In this document: positions 1 to 12,688 of the stretch, piece by piece | Numbering within the stretch: position 1 is the first letter of the stretch | How the letters are laid out: each line of letters begins with the position of its first letter | Position numbers and translations under genes: made by a program | Assembly: GCA_963748015.1 (NCBI GenBank) | Contig: CAVVHE010000004.1 | Coordinates: forward strand, 1 to 64,000 | DNA: 64,000 nucleotides | DNA from: Terriglobia bacterium | GTDB lineage: Bacteria > Acidobacteriota > Polarisedimenticolia > Polarisedimenticolales > JAIQFR01 | Direction of reading: 5' to 3' | Notes under the pieces: generated by a model | The model's input: only the letters and a program-made list of their open reading frames with translations | Databases searched by the model: none | Told to the model about the DNA's origin: nothing

Positions 1-480
1 TTAACAGAATTGAAAGGGAAGATTACAACTCCAGATCAGCTTACTGCAAATATGGCATTCAAAAAAGCGCCTGTTGTATGGCAGCACAGACTCTGGGGTA
101 CCGGTGATGTAAACAAGGAATTCAATAACGGTATTTTCTTTTACGGAGAAAAGGCCACTATGTTTGCAAGTGAGGCTAAACTTGTAATAATCAATGCAGA
201 CAAAGAGGGAAAAAGAGAGGATATGCTAATTCCAACTGAACTTACACAGGAACAACACGTAGGCAAATTTCTTAATGCTGTACGAAATAAGGATAAAAAC
301 CTTGTATTCTGCACAACAGAAGATGCATTCAAATCTACAGCAACTGTTCAGTTAGCTATGATCTCATATTATACAGGATCTCTGGTAAAATGGGATCAGC
401 AAAAAAATGAGATAGTTGGGAATCCTGCTGCATCTGCTTTGCTCAGAAGAGAATACCGTGGAAAATATAAACATCCATAA
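1..480 (+). CDS. Gfo/Idh/MocA family oxidoreductase, C-terminal part (5'-truncated by window)
   Basis: Typical family C-terminus: HVGKFLNAVR...LAMISYYTG..VKWD..K.EIVGNPAASALLRREYR..YKHP. Confidence 0.7.
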   Translation, partial: LTELKGKITTPDQLTANMAFKKAPVVWQHRLWGTGDVNKEFNNGIFFYGEKATMFASEAKLVIINADKEGKREDMLIPTELTQEQHVGKFLNAVRNKDKNLVFCTTEDAFKSTATVQLAMISYYTGSLVKWDQQKNEIVGNPAASALLRREYRGKYKHP

Positions 481-541
481 TCTTAAATTCTATTCTCATT
501 TTTATATATCCTGCTGTAATTAATTATAATAGCATTTGAAC

Positions 542-588
542 CAGGTTAGTGTTTGGGTTTTTAAACTCATCACTAACCTGTTTCCTTT
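542..588 (+). terminator. Probable intrinsic terminator
   Basis: Inverted repeat CAGGTTAGTG (542-551) / CACTAACCTG (571-580) followed by TTTCCTTT, downstream of the oxidoreductase. Confidence 0.55.
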
Positions 589-903
589 AAACTCCCGATA
601 CTTCATTCACAAAGTATCATCAAGTTATTTTATCAGAAATGATCTCCTTCCCCAGTGAGATAAATGTCAGAAAATTAAATCTAATTCTTCCTAAACGAGA
701 TGAATTTAATAAGTTGACATTCAGACTAATTACTGTTAATTATGCAAGATTACAGATAATCTTAATTCGTGCAATAATTACGAAGAATTTCAATTTTATG
801 CAACATTATTCTGTATAAATCCGTTTAATAGAAAGTTAGTCTGCAAAAAATATATCATAAACGAAAGTAAGAGTATTTACTAAGGGAATATTATGTAAAC
901 AAA

Positions 904-3006
904 ATGAAATCCATACTTCATTTTTTTATTTTTCCTGTCTGATCTCACTAAGTCTCTGCCGGACAAAATTGTAATATTTTGTCCAAGGCAAATACAATTG
1001 TACCCGATAAGTTATGTTCTCCGGTATCCGTAAACTGGCAGGTAAGTTACACCGGAGTCAATAATGCCGGTACAATGTGCAGATTCAATATAACTGGGAT
1101 GATGGCTACTTCGCAAATGGTACCTGCAATAAATACAGGACCCGGCAATTTTCAGACAAGTGCAAATCATACCTATACCTCTATCTGGTGATAAATGTAA
1201 TTATGCTCCTAAAGCTACACTGGTAGTCAATGGAGTGGTATGCACTTCCTCCACTCAGCAACAAATTGTAACAGTATGGGATGATGATGATCATAATGGT
1301 GGCCAGATGCACATAAATCCAACTGTTTATCCTGTTTGTTTTGGCAATAGTGCCAATGTCAGATTTCAGGATTTAACCCAGTTTAATTGTGTTCCTCCAC
1401 AGGAGAAAGATGTTCCTAATCTGTATACCAGATGGATAAGATGGATATATGGAACTGATATAACCATGACAGGTGCTCCGGTAACAATAAACGGAACAAT
1501 CAGGCCATTCCCGTTTTCAGGTCCGGTCATTACTCTTCCTGGTCCTGTTACAGGATCCGGTGTATATTCCGATATTATTAATGTTGCCAATGATAAGCTA
1601 ATAGGTCAGTATTTTCAGGTTACCTTGCATAACTGGAATTATTGCAATCCATATGACGACCCAAATATTCCCGGGCCACCATCAGATCCTGTGAATGGTG
1701 ATCATCCACCGGTAGTGACCACTGCAATTATACTCATTGTCCCGGATCCGGATGCCACAATAACACCTGTTGATACATTATGTGTTGAAAGCAATCCGGT
1801 CACATTGCAGGCACATGATCCCGGTGGAACATGGTCGGGAACCGGAGTAACAGGCAATAAGTTTAATCCGGCACTTGCAGGAACCGGAAACCATATTATC
1901 AGATATGAAATTACAGATGCAAATGGTTGTACAGATGCTGACCAGATTACTATTACTGTGGTGCCATCTCCTGTTGCAATTATTACATCCTGTTAATACA
2001 CTGTATGTTAAACGATCCACCGGTAATATTAACTGCCATCACCAACCGGAGGGACATGGACCGGAAACGGTGTCACAAATAATACTTTTGATCCGGCCTC
2101 TGTCGCAGGAGTGGGGACACATGTTATAACCTATCAGACATTGCCTGATAGATTCGGATGTGCAGGGAACAGATACAATTCAGATTAAAGTTATTATGCC
2201 TCCTGCACCTATTGCTATTATTTGAACCTGATACAGTAGGGTGTTCACCACTCATCTGTTCAGTTTATAAATAAGAGCATATCAGGTGAAACATATTTAT
2301 GGGATTTCGGTGACAAAACATTTTCATCAGAAAAAAATCCATCCCATACATATCTATATTCCGGGTGAATATATTGTAAAACTTACTGTTACCAATATCT
2401 CCGGACAATCATCACATACCGGATTAATTACTGTTTATCAGAATCCTACTGCGGTTTTCAATGTCTATCCGACAGATGTTATTAATAATTCTCAGGTAGT
2501 AGTATTTTCTAATTTTTCATTTTATGGGGTATCTTATCTGTGGAATTTTGGAGATGGAAAAACATCAATTGAAGAGAATCCCTGGCATAAATATGAATCA
2601 GAAGGTGTATATGATGTCAGTCTGATAGTAACTTCAAAAGATGGATGTCTTGATTCAATGAAATACAAATCTCCCGTAGTCGTAGAATTTAAGACAGGTG
2701 ATATAAAATTCCCAAATTGCTTCAGATGGAACCTGTACAGGACCCACAGGGGGATATTGGAATGAAAATCAATTAGATGATAATATGTTCAGACCTTTTT
2801 TCACCAATGTAATAGATTATAAACTGCAGATCTTCAATCGCTGGGGAGTTTTAATTTATGAAAGTTCCGACCTTCATAAAGGATGGGATGGATATTTTGG
2901 AAACGGAAATCTGGCTGTTCAGGGAGTTTATGTCTGGAAAGCAACCGGGCAATATGCAGACGGAGCTTATTTTACTAAGGTAGGTGATGTAACATTTTTA
3001 CATTAG
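904..3006 (+). CDS. PKD-domain surface protein with gliding-motility-associated (T9SS type B) C-terminal domain; split by several frameshifts
   Basis: Consecutive ORFs 979-1191, 1160-1996, 2286-2765, 2785-3006; PKD motif YLWNFGDG..S.EENP.H.Y...G.YDVSL; CTD motif IFNRWG.LIYES......WDG...GVYVW...G.VT.LH. Confidence 0.75.
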
Positions 3007-3154
3007 GCTAAAGCATTAAAATGGTGTATATGCTATATATTCAGATGATTAGAATAATTTAATACTTATATAATATTATAGATCAATATATTATGGAAGC
3101 ATAATATTATGAAACGAAAATATGATTATATTTTTTCTGGCCTATTCTGAAAGC

Positions 3155-4877
3155 TTAGTGCAAATCCCTCAAAACTTCAGTACCGGAACCACCTTTAAGA
3201 AAATCGAAATCACAACCTTCATCTGCCTGTTCAACATGTTCAATGAACATTCTAATATAACCACGGTCAGCTTTTGGTTCCGGACGTACCCATTTTGCTC
3301 TTCTTCTTTGTAATTCCTTCTCGGGAACTTCGAGATTCAAAGTACGGTTTTTTACATCGAGTTCAATCATATCTCCATTCTCAACCAGGGCAAGATTACC
3401 TCCAACTGACGACTCCGGTGATACATGCAATATAACTGTCCCATAAGCCGTTCCACTCATCCTGCCGTCTGAAATGCGAACCATGTCTGTTATTCCCCTC
3501 ATTATAAGTTTTTGAGGAAGTTCCATGTTGCCAACCTCCGGCATTCCAGGATAGCCGACAGGTCCTACACCTTTTAATACCATAACACATGTTTCATCAA
3601 TGTCGAGGTTTGGATCATCTATTCTTGCATGATAATCTTCAATAGTCTCAAAAACCACAGCTCTTCCACGATGTTGTAACAAACTATCAGTAGCTGCTGA
3701 TGGTTTAATTACAGCTCCGTTTATGCAAAGATTGCCTTTTAAGAACAGCTATTCCGGCTTTTTCTTTCAATGGTTTATCAAGTGTTGCTATAACATCATA
3801 ATTATAACATGGTGTGCCGGCACTGTTTTCACCGATACTCTTTCCATTAACAGTAATAGCATTTGAATGAATCTGGTCTTTAAGCATGTCAATGATAACA
3901 GGTAATCCTCCTGCATAAAAGAAATCTTCCATAAGATATTTTCCCGATGGCATCAGATTCAATAACAGCGGCATATTGCTTCCCAATTTGTCAAAATCAT
4001 CGAGCTCAAGTTCAACCCCGATTCGTCTGGCAATGGCTATCATATGGATAATCAGGTTAGTGGACCCGCCGACAGCAGAGTTTATTTTTATTGCATTTTC
4101 AAAAGCTTCGCGCTTAAGGATATCCGACATTTTCAATCCCTCTTTCACCATTTCAACAATACGGTTACCTGAAAGATGAGCCATGACTTTTTTTCGCGAG
4201 TCAACAGCCGGTATGGCAGATGCCCCGGGTAATGTAAGACCAAGAGCCTCAACCATTGTGGCCATAGTGGATGCTGTTCCCATCGTCATGCAATGTCCTG
4301 CACTTCTCGACATGCAGACTTCTGCCTCAATAAGATCTTCCCGTGTAACTGTTCCGGCTTTAAGTCCTTCCGAAAGCTGCCAGGTAGCAGTTCCTGAACC
4401 GATATCTTTTCCTCTGAATTTTCCATTTAACATCGGACCGCCGGGAACAACAAGAGTTGGCAGGTTTACACTTGCGGCTCCCATTAATGTTGAAGGAGTG
4501 GTTTTATCGCATCCGGTGAGAAGAACAATACCATCAAGTGGATTAGCACGAATGGTTTCCTCAACATCCATGCTGGCAAGGTTTCGCCATAGCATTGTTG
4601 TTGGTTTCATTATGGTTTCTCCCAGCGACATCACCGGAAATTCAAGCGGAAATCCGCCTGCTTCATAAACACCCCTTTTTACAATTTCCGCAAACTCACG
4701 TAAATGGGCGTTGCATGGTGTCAGATCCGACCAGGTGTTACAAATTCCAATCACCGGTCTGCCTCTGAACATATGGTCGGGATGACCCTGGTTGCGTAAC
4801 CAGCTGCGGTGTACAAACCCCATTTTATCATCTTTTCCAAACCACTCGGTACTTCTCAGGTAATATTCTTTTTTCAT
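3155..4877 (-). CDS. IlvD/Edd family dehydratase (sugar-acid dehydratase-like), frameshift near 3700-3740
   Basis: Motifs TPCNAH, GCDKTTP, GHCMTMGTASTM, GGSTN, GYPGMPE, SDGRMSGTAYG across ORFs 3705-4877 and 3155-3682. Confidence 0.9.
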
Positions 4878-5072
4878 TTTGTATATTGTTTACTCGTTAA
4901 ATCATGCAGAGTTCAAAACTAATGAATATCAAATAATATTTGATGAATTCTACTTAAAATCAATTAAGAATTCATAAGCATGAAATAGAATGTGATATTA
5001 GTTAAAACAAAAAATTGAAACTATATAAAGTAACAATTGCTAATTGTTTATAGTACGATTGATATGTTGTTG

Positions 5073-6478
5073 TTATTTTCCGATACAAAAGTTCCTGAAA
5101 ATATTACCCAGAATCTCATCAGAAGTTATCTCACCGGTTATTTCACCAAGGTAATGAATTGCCTGCCTGATATCGATCGCTAAAAAATCTTCAGGGATAT
5201 TTTCTTCAAGACCAGAAAGAACTCTGCCAAGACTTTTCGAAACCTGAATCAAAGCTTCATAATGTCTTATATTACTGATTATTACATCACTTGAATTCAA
5301 TCGTTCCTTCATTACTGCTTCTCCAAGCCTGAGTCTAAGAGTATCAAGTCCTGATTTCTCTTTGGCAGAAATAAACAGAAGCATTTCCTTCTCCATTAAT
5401 GTTAGTTCCTTAACCAGTTCATCTGACTGCCCCGTTTGAGATTTATCACACTTATTGATGATAATTATCAATTTTTTATCTGATGCCTTAATCATTTCCC
5501 GGATAGCAGTGATTCGTTTGTTTATTGATATTGCATCATCTGAAATTTCATCAATTAAAAGAATTACCGAAGCCTGTAAAATTTTTTCATGAGTTTTCTT
5601 AATACCCATTGCCTCAATAATATCCGCAGTTTCACGTAATCCGGCTGTATCAATGAACCTGAACGCAATACCGTCAATTGTAATGGTATCTTCAATTGTA
5701 TCACGTGTGGTTCCCGGGATTTCCGATACTATTGCTTTGTCCTCCATCAGAAGAGCGTTAAGAAGAGTTGATTTACCTGAATTTGGTTTCCCGACAATAG
5801 CTACCGGGATCCCATTCTTAACAACATTTCCAAGATGGAATGAATCTGCGAGTCTGTCAGCCAGATCTTTAACTTTAATAATTATCGCTTTAAGGTCTTC
5901 TCTGTCAGCAAATTCCACATCTTCCTCACCAAAATCAAGTTCAAGCTCAATCAGAGAAGCAAAATTCAAAAGTTCAGATCTCAAGATGCCAATCTCAGAG
6001 GAGAATCCTCCGCGCATCTGGTTTAATGGCAATTTTATGAGCAGACCTGGTTGTGGAGGCAATTATGTCAGCAACTGCTTCAGCCTGTGAAAGATCCATC
6101 TTCCCATTTAAAAAAGCCCTCTGTGTAAACTCACCCGGATGTGCAGAAACAGCTCCATTCATTATCAACAACTCAAGTATTTTTTGTACAATATAAGGCG
6201 AAGCATGACAGGATATTTCAACTGAATTTTCGCCAGTATAGGAGTGAGGTGATTTAAAGACACTCACAAGTACTTCATCGACTATTTCTTCACCGGATCT
6301 GTATTTCCCCAAAAATAATTGTAAATCCCTTTTGATCAGTAAGTTTAATACTTTTATCTAAAGGGAAAAAGATCTTCTCGCAAATATCCAGACTCCGGGA
6401 ACCACTTACCCTTATAATTGCAATTGCACCTCCTATAGCAGTCGCCGGTGCACATATAGTTTCTTCTGATCTGATCAT
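5073..6478 (-). CDS. mnmE: tRNA modification GTPase MnmE (TrmE), two frameshifts
   Basis: [55 protein letters not shown]-terminal FCIGK. Confidence 0.95.
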
Positions 6479-6736
6479 CTTTTACACAGGTATTCTTCAA
6501 ATGAATTGAAGGGATGAAACTTCCATTAGCTTATTAGTAGGGGTGATTTTTTTTGTTCATTATGCAAAAATAGTAAAAAACCAGACGGCATAACAGAATA
6601 TCTTAATACTCAGTTGATATTTATCATTCAACTTTGATGTAAAGCCAATAAAATTTAGGTATTTTTGAAACGGAAGATTAAAAACAATAAGGCACAAATA
6701 TTATTTTGATATTAAATCATTAAATGTCATATACAT

Positions 6737-7628
6737 ATGAGCATACTCTTAACTAAAGAATCCAGAGTTATAGTTCAGGGATTCACTGGAAGCGAAGGCA
6801 CTTTCCATGCAACACAGATGATTGAATACGGTACTAAGGTGGTAGGTGGCGTCACTCCGGGAAAAGGAGGTCAGTTACATCTTAATTTACCGGTTTTCAA
6901 TACAGTCAGAGAGGCTGTTTCTGCCACACAGGCAGATGTTTCTGTTATTTTTGTTCCTCCTGCCTTTGCTGCCGATGCGATTCTTGAGGCTGCAGATGGT
7001 GGCATAAAACTTATCGTGACAATAACTGAAGGAATCCCAGTTTCTGATATGGTAATGGTTAAGGACCATCTGAAATCGATTGATTGCAGGCTCATCGGGC
7101 CAAATTGCCCGGGTATAATCACTCCGGGTGAAGCAAAGGTTGGTATCATGCCTGGATTCATTCACAAAAAAGGCTCAATTGGTATCATCTCACGTTCAGG
7201 AACTTTAACCTATGAAGCTGTTGATCAGGTTACCAAAATCGGGCTTGGGCAATCAACATGTATTGGTATTGGAGGTGATCCGATTGTTGGAACCACAACT
7301 CTTGATGCTGTTAAACTGATGATGAATGATCCTGATACTGAAGCGATTGTTGTTATTGGTGAGATTGGAGGTAATATGGAAACTGAAGCTGCTGAATGGA
7401 TAAAAGATGAATGGTACTAAACCTGTAATAGGATTTATTGCAGGACAAACAGCACCTAAGGGTCGTAAAATGGGTCATGCAGGAGCAATAATAGGAGGGA
7501 AGAATGACACTGCTGCTGCAAAAATGGAGATCATGAAAGAGTGCGGCATCTATGTTGTTGAATCACCTGCTGATATTGGCATATGTGTAAAGAAGGCTTT
7601 AGAGGCTGCAAAAGCTGTACAGGCTTAA
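6737..7628 (+). CDS. sucD: Succinyl-CoA synthetase alpha subunit, frameshift near 7405
   Basis: [30 protein letters not shown], phospho-His motif MGHAGA. Confidence 0.95.
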
Positions 7629-7652
7629 TAGGGAAAAGTGATTTGCCTTTAG

Positions 7653-7688
7653 AGCATCTGAAGCATCTAAAGCATTTAAAGCATTTTA
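7653..7688. repeat. 9-bp tandem repeat x4
   Basis: AGCATCTGA AGCATCTAA AGCATTTAA AGCATTTTA between sucD and fabG. Confidence 0.8.
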
Positions 7689-7689
7689 T

Positions 7690-7697
7690 TATATTTG
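7690..7697 (+). promoter_or_regulatory. Bacteroidota sigma-A -7 element (TAnnTTTG) for fabG
   Basis: TATATTTG 23 nt before the ATG at 7721; the same motif precedes tRNA-Thr (9838), sucD (6660) and, on the minus strand, mnmE (6565-6572) and tRNA-Gly (12780-12787). Confidence 0.65.
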
Positions 7698-7720
7698 CAG
7701 AAATTAACTTAAAAATAAAA

Positions 7721-8468
7721 ATGAAATTACTGGAAGGAAAAACAGCTCTTATTACCGGGGCATCCAGAGGAATAGGAAAAGCTATTGCCCACAGATTTGC
7801 ACTCGAAGGAGCAGATATTGCAATCACCAATATCGTTGATGATGAGGAGTTTGAGACAACAATAAAAGAGCTGGAAAACCTTGGATGTAAAGCAAAAGGC
7901 TATGTATCGAATGCTGCAAGTTTTGAAGATTCACAGCGCGTAATAAATGAAGTTGCAAAAGATTTTGGCAGAATTGATATACTTGTAAATAATGCCGGAA
8001 TTACAAGAGATACATTGCTTATGCGAATGACTGAAGATCAATGGGATTCGGTAATTGCGGTAAACCTTAAAGTCGGTTTTTAATCTGACAAAAGCAGTCC
8101 TGATGACAATGATTAAACAAAAAAGTGGTTCAATAATAAATATGAGTTCAGTAGTGGGGGTTTCAGGCAATGCAGGCCAGAGCAACTATTCTGCTTCAAA
8201 AGCCGGAATAATCGGATTTACAAAAAGTGTTGCAAAAGAGGTTGGTTCAAGAAATATAAGATGCAATGCTATTGCTCCCGGGTTTATAATTACTGAAATG
8301 ACAGAAAAATTACCTGAAGATGTAAAAACAGAATGGGCAAATAAAATTCCCTTAAGACGTGGCGGAACGCCTGAAGATGTGGCAAATACAGCTTTATATC
8401 TTGCTTCTGAATTATCATCTTATGTAAGCGGACAAACAATTCATGTTTGTGGTGGTATGTTAACTTAA
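7721..8468 (+). CDS. fabG: 3-oxoacyl-ACP reductase, frameshift near 8070
   Basis: TGASRGIG, NNAGITRD, GQSNYSASKAG, NAIAPGFI. Confidence 0.9.
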
Positions 8469-8598
8469 AAATATTTATTATATTTACAGAACCGCAGGGC
8501 GCCTATCCTTTTAGCACGAGGAAATGCAGCGAGACATATTTATTCCACACTTATTTTAAAAGGGCGCCCTGCTTCTTTTTTTAATAGTCTGCTGATCA

Positions 8599-9830
8599 AT
8601 GAACAACATTATATTCATTCTTATTATCATAATTCCTGTTACAGGATTTATTATCGAAAGATATCTTGATTATCTTAATTCCAAAATGTGGTCAGAATAC
8701 TCTTCCTGAAAAATTAAAAGGAATCTGTGATGAAGAGGAATACAGGAAAACTCAGCTCTACCAGAAAGAAAATAACAGCTTATCATTCTGGACATCTTTA
8801 TTTAACCTTGCTGTAATTCTAATAATGATCATTGCAGGCGGCTTTGCACTTGTTGATAGTTTTGCCAGATGCAATAAGCTTTAATCTGGTAATTGTTTCG
8901 CTGATATTCTTTGGAATAATCGGATTTGCATCTGATCTTATTAATATTCCATTCAGCTGTTATGACACTTTTGTAATTGAAAAGAAGTATGGTTTCAACA
9001 CAATGACATCAGAACATTTATTACAGATCATATCAAATCGTGGTTTATTGCATTGCTGGTTGGGATTCCTGTTCTTGGACTAATCACATGGTTTTATTAC
9101 AAAACAGGTAAAAACTTCTGGCTCTATGCCTGGGGACTGATAACCTTATTCTCTGTTTTTATCAATCTTTTTTACTCTGAACTAATTGTGCCTCTGTTTA
9201 ATAAACAAACACCCCTTCAGGAAGGTTCATTGCGAACAGCCATTGAAGAATTTGCTGCAAAAAACAGGATTCAAACTCAGAAATATTTACATAATTGATG
9301 GTTCAAAAAGAAGTACTAAGGCAAATGCCTATTTTTCAGGATTTGGTCCAAAGAAAAGGATTGTACTTTATGATACACTACAGAAAGAACTTACTGAAGA
9401 GGAAATAGTTGCAGTTCTTGCTCATGAAATAGGACATTACAGGAAAAAACATGTTCTGATAAATATCTTACTTTCAGTGTGTTCTGTACCGGATTGATGC
9501 TTATTTCTGTTCTCACTCGTAGTAAATAACCCCGAGCTTTCACAGGCTATTGGTTCAGAAACGACAAGTTTTCATCTGGGATTGATTGTATTCGGAATTC
9601 TTTACAGTCCGTTATCACTTATTGATCGGACTCTTTCAAATTATATTTCCCGTAAGAATGAATATTGCGGCCGATCGGTTTGTAAAGGAAAACTATAAAG
9701 AGGAAATATTAGCTGCGGCTTTAAAGAAACTGTCAGTCAAGAACCTGTCGAACATGATGCCTCATCCGGCTTATGTATTTTTCCATTATTCCCATCCTCC
9801 ATTACTCAGCAGACTGATAAACTGGAATGA
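8599..9830 (+). CDS. M48 (STE24/CAAX-type) membrane zinc metallopeptidase, multiple frameshifts
   Basis: IEKKYGFN, DGSKRSTKANAYFSGFG.KKRIVLYDTL, HEIGH zinc motif, YSHPPL. Confidence 0.85.
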
Positions 9831-9857
9831 AATTCCTTATATTTGCGAAAATTTTAT

Positions 9858-9933
9858 GCCTCCTTAGCTCAGTTGGTAGAGCAGCTCATTCGTAATGAGC
9901 AGGTCGTGGGTTCGAGTCCCATTGGAGGCTCCA
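9858..9933 (+). tRNA. tRNA-Thr(CGT)
   Basis: GCCTCCT..D-arm GCTC/GAGC, anticodon arm GCTCA-TT CGT AA-TGAGC, T-loop TTCGAGT, 3' TGGAGGC-T-CCA. Confidence 0.95.
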
Positions 9934-10059
9934 AATAGAATTCTTTAATAGTTTGTTATTGACTGAATGTGAACAATGGTCCATATTTCTTTGTTAATGA
10001 ACTAAATAAATAATATTTTAATATTATCTTTACTTTGTTAATTATAAAATTTTAAGATT

Positions 10060-10824
10060 ATGAAAACTTTATTAGTTTCAATAGTGATTATTTTGATTTC
10101 AGTGAATTTAGATGGTCAGACAATGACAATACTGATGAAAAATGGAAAGAAAGTTGAATATTCAATAAACGAAATTGAGAGTATAAGTTATTCCAATTTC
10201 AATAATTCTAAAAATGATGCGAATATATTCACAGACCCCGGGATGGGCAAACATATAAAACAGTACAAATAGGTAGCCAGATCTGGATGGCAGAAAATCT
10301 GAAAGCCATAAAATTCAATGATGGTGAAATAATTCCTGTCGGAACTACTAAATTTTACTGGTCAACTTGTTCAAATCCCGCATACTGCTGGTATAATAAT
10401 GATGAGACAACCTATAAAAATACTTATGGTGCCTTGTATAATTGGTATACTGTCAATTCTGGCAAATTGTGTCCCAAGGGATGGCATGTACCAAGTTTAA
10501 ATGAATGGAATGCCCTTGGCACATATCTGGGAGGTAACTTAATTGCAGGTGGTAAATTAAAAGAATCTGGGATATTCGCACTGGGCAAGTCCCAATAAAA
10601 ATGCAACCAATAAAAGTAATTTTACAGGACTTCCCGGAAGTTCAAGAGATCAAAAAGGTCAGTGGAGTGAAGGTGCCGGAACTCTTGGGGCCTGGTGGTC
10701 AAGTACAGAGAGTGATTCCAATAATGCCTATTATATATATCTGAGTAATGATTCGGAAGCTCTGCGTAATAGCAATCCTGATAAAAAGATGGGGCTTTCA
10801 GTTCGTTGTATTAAAGGATATTAA
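10060..10824 (+). CDS. FISUMP (Fibrobacter succinogenes major paralogous domain) secreted protein, frameshifted
   Basis: Signal peptide; WMAENL, YGALYNWY.V..GKLCPKGWHVPS..EW, GGKLKE, terminal SVRCIK. Confidence 0.85.
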
Positions 10825-10958
10825 CAATCTTAAAAAGCATCAATATTGCTCTAATAATTTAGATCTTTTATTTCCAATTCAACAAAGTTTCTAAAATTTC
10901 TCACACTCCTCTGAATAGAAAATCTTAAGAGGTTCTGATATTCTGAAATTAAAAATAG

Positions 10959-11023
10959 ATGACTATCGGGAATCAAGCATATAGGTTTTTAAATATCTTA
11001 TATGACTGATTCCCGATACTCAT
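10959..11023. repeat. Intergenic inverted repeat (17-bp arms, 1 mismatch)
   Basis: ATGACTATCGGGAATCA (10959-10975) / TGATTCCCGATACTCAT (11007-11023), upstream of the AraC gene. Confidence 0.65.
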
Positions 11024-11134
11024 ATAAAAATAATTTTGTACAATTCAGTATTAAATCGGAAATTTGTCATAAATAAGCCAGGTGTTGAATAAAATCTTAA
11101 CAAAAACAATAATTCAATTAAATGGCTAAGGAAA

Positions 11135-11617
11135 ATGGATCAGCAGTTAATCATGAGGCTGACCGGGATAATTCTGGAAAACCTTAGAAATGAAGATTTC
11201 GGGGTTAAGGAATTAGCCAGATTATCAGGTATAAGTCGATCAGTTCTAAATCATCGGCTTCATTCTATTTTAAATAAGAACATAAATCAGTTTATTCGGG
11301 AAGTAAGGCTACAAAAAGCTTTTGAGTTGCTTCAGAACGAAGAAATTACTGCTTCGGAAGTTGCTTACAAAGTTGGCTTCAGCAGTCCTGCTTATTTCAA
11401 TAATTGTTTCCATGAGCTATTCGGCTTTCCTCCTGGAAAAGTGGAAAAAAAAGATTCGGTTAGTAATACAACAAACAATTTTAAAAATTATTTTCCAGAA
11501 CCATATGAAAAAATGCCTGTCAGGCTTCCCCTTAATATCCGAATTAACAGTATTTTGATTATTGCCATTTTAATTCTGGTAATAGCTATTCTTATTTATA
11601 TGAAAATTGTCAATTGA
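11135..11617 (+). CDS. AraC-family HTH protein with C-terminal transmembrane helix
   Basis: FGVKELAR..G.SRS.L, QFIREVRLQKA..LL, SEVAYKVGFSSPAYF..CF...FG.PP; hydrophobic C-terminus. Confidence 0.85.
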   Translation: MDQQLIMRLTGIILENLRNEDFGVKELARLSGISRSVLNHRLHSILNKNINQFIREVRLQKAFELLQNEEITASEVAYKVGFSSPAYFNNCFHELFGFPPGKVEKKDSVSNTTNNFKNYFPEPYEKMPVRLPLNIRINSILIIAILILVIAILIYMKIVN

Positions 11618-11866
11618 AATTGAATCTGTATTTAATACTCCCAGTCTTATAATGAATTACGCCCTTACTTCCTTCCTCAAAATAGTCAGATTCATTATAA
11701 TGATTCAAAATTGAAATTACACTACAAAAAATTGCAATAATTATATTGAAAATTTAAAGTGTTTATTTCAATAATGCTATGTGCTGTAACGATTTATGTC
11801 TGAAATTTGGGATTGTATTCATTGGCTGTTTTTCTTAAGGTTAACCAATTAAAACTTATTTCAATT

Positions 11867-12346
11867 ATGAAAAAAGCACTTTTTATTATTGGACTTGTCA
11901 TGATCCTGGCAGGATATACCTATGCCCAGGAACAAACGGCATCAGTAACGAAAGTTGCTGAAGGAGATACTCATACTCCTTTTGGCAGGTATACAATCAA
12001 GCTTCAAAAGGATCCTTTAATGCTAGAAGGTGTACAGGTTAAACAGTATAGGATTACTTATGAGAATTCACCAATCTCTGTTCTGGTAGTAGTAGACAAA
12101 GAGGACAATTGTAAAAATTACATTGTTGTTTCTGACGGGCTGTCTGTTATGTACAAATGCAATGGTCAGTATTTTGGGATCAACAGGATCGATGAAAAGT
12201 ACAATAAAGAAGGTTATGTAACAGATGATAAAAACCTTGATAAAACTAACTATTTCCATCAGAAAGTCATATCCCTGGGGCAGCTGGAAGAAGTTGATGC
12301 AACAACTTATATTGCAGCTTATTACCCGACTCTGATTAAACAATGA
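11867..12346 (+). CDS. Secreted hypothetical protein
   Basis: Signal peptide MKKALFIIGLVMILAGYTYA/Q; intact 159-aa ORF. Confidence 0.65.
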   Translation: MKKALFIIGLVMILAGYTYAQEQTASVTKVAEGDTHTPFGRYTIKLQKDPLMLEGVQVKQYRITYENSPISVLVVVDKEDNCKNYIVVSDGLSVMYKCNGQYFGINRIDEKYNKEGYVTDDKNLDKTNYFHQKVISLGQLEEVDATTYIAAYYPTLIKQ

Positions 12347-12477
12347 ATCAGCGACTTATTGTTATACTATTATCTGTAGAGAATAATTGATTACAAATCT
12401 TATACGTAAAGATTTAATAATATGTAAAGGCCTTTAAAGAAATTAATTATAGTACATTAGGTTAAATCCTTACAAAA

Positions 12478-12512
12478 AGAGGCCATCTCAGAACATAAAT
12501 GAGATGGCCTCT
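12478..12512. terminator. Stem-loop terminator
   Basis: AGAGGCCATCTCA / TGAGATGGCCTCT perfect 13-bp stem with an adjacent A-tract (U-tract on the minus strand). Confidence 0.7.
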
Positions 12513-12513
12513 G

Positions 12514-12534
12514 TAATTGAGCGGAAAAGGGATT
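12514..12534 (-). repeat. Duplicated 3' end of tRNA-Gly
   Basis: TAATTGAGCGGAAAAGGGATT versus TAATTGAGCGGGAAAAGGGATT at 12683-12704. Confidence 0.75.
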
Positions 12535-12688
12535 GTTGTGCCTGCGTCACAACGTTCCCAAAGATACGCTTTCAATTAAAAAGCCACTGACGTGGCTATT
12601 TTTATAATTTTCACATACCTTATCTTGATAAATCTGATTCGGTCTGTGAAAATTACAAAAAGGCTGTTGTCGCAGCCTCCTTTAATTG

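Noticed and set aside
8494..8583. Inverted repeat GCAGGGCGCC/GGCGCCCTGC with a long loop after fabG as an ncRNA
   Set aside because: Single copy followed by a T-tract; most simply a terminator-like structure.
3155..9830. Programmed frameshifting or pseudogenes in the dehydratase, mnmE, sucD, fabG and M48 genes
   Set aside because: Indels affect nearly all genes, including core ones, which indicates sequencing error.
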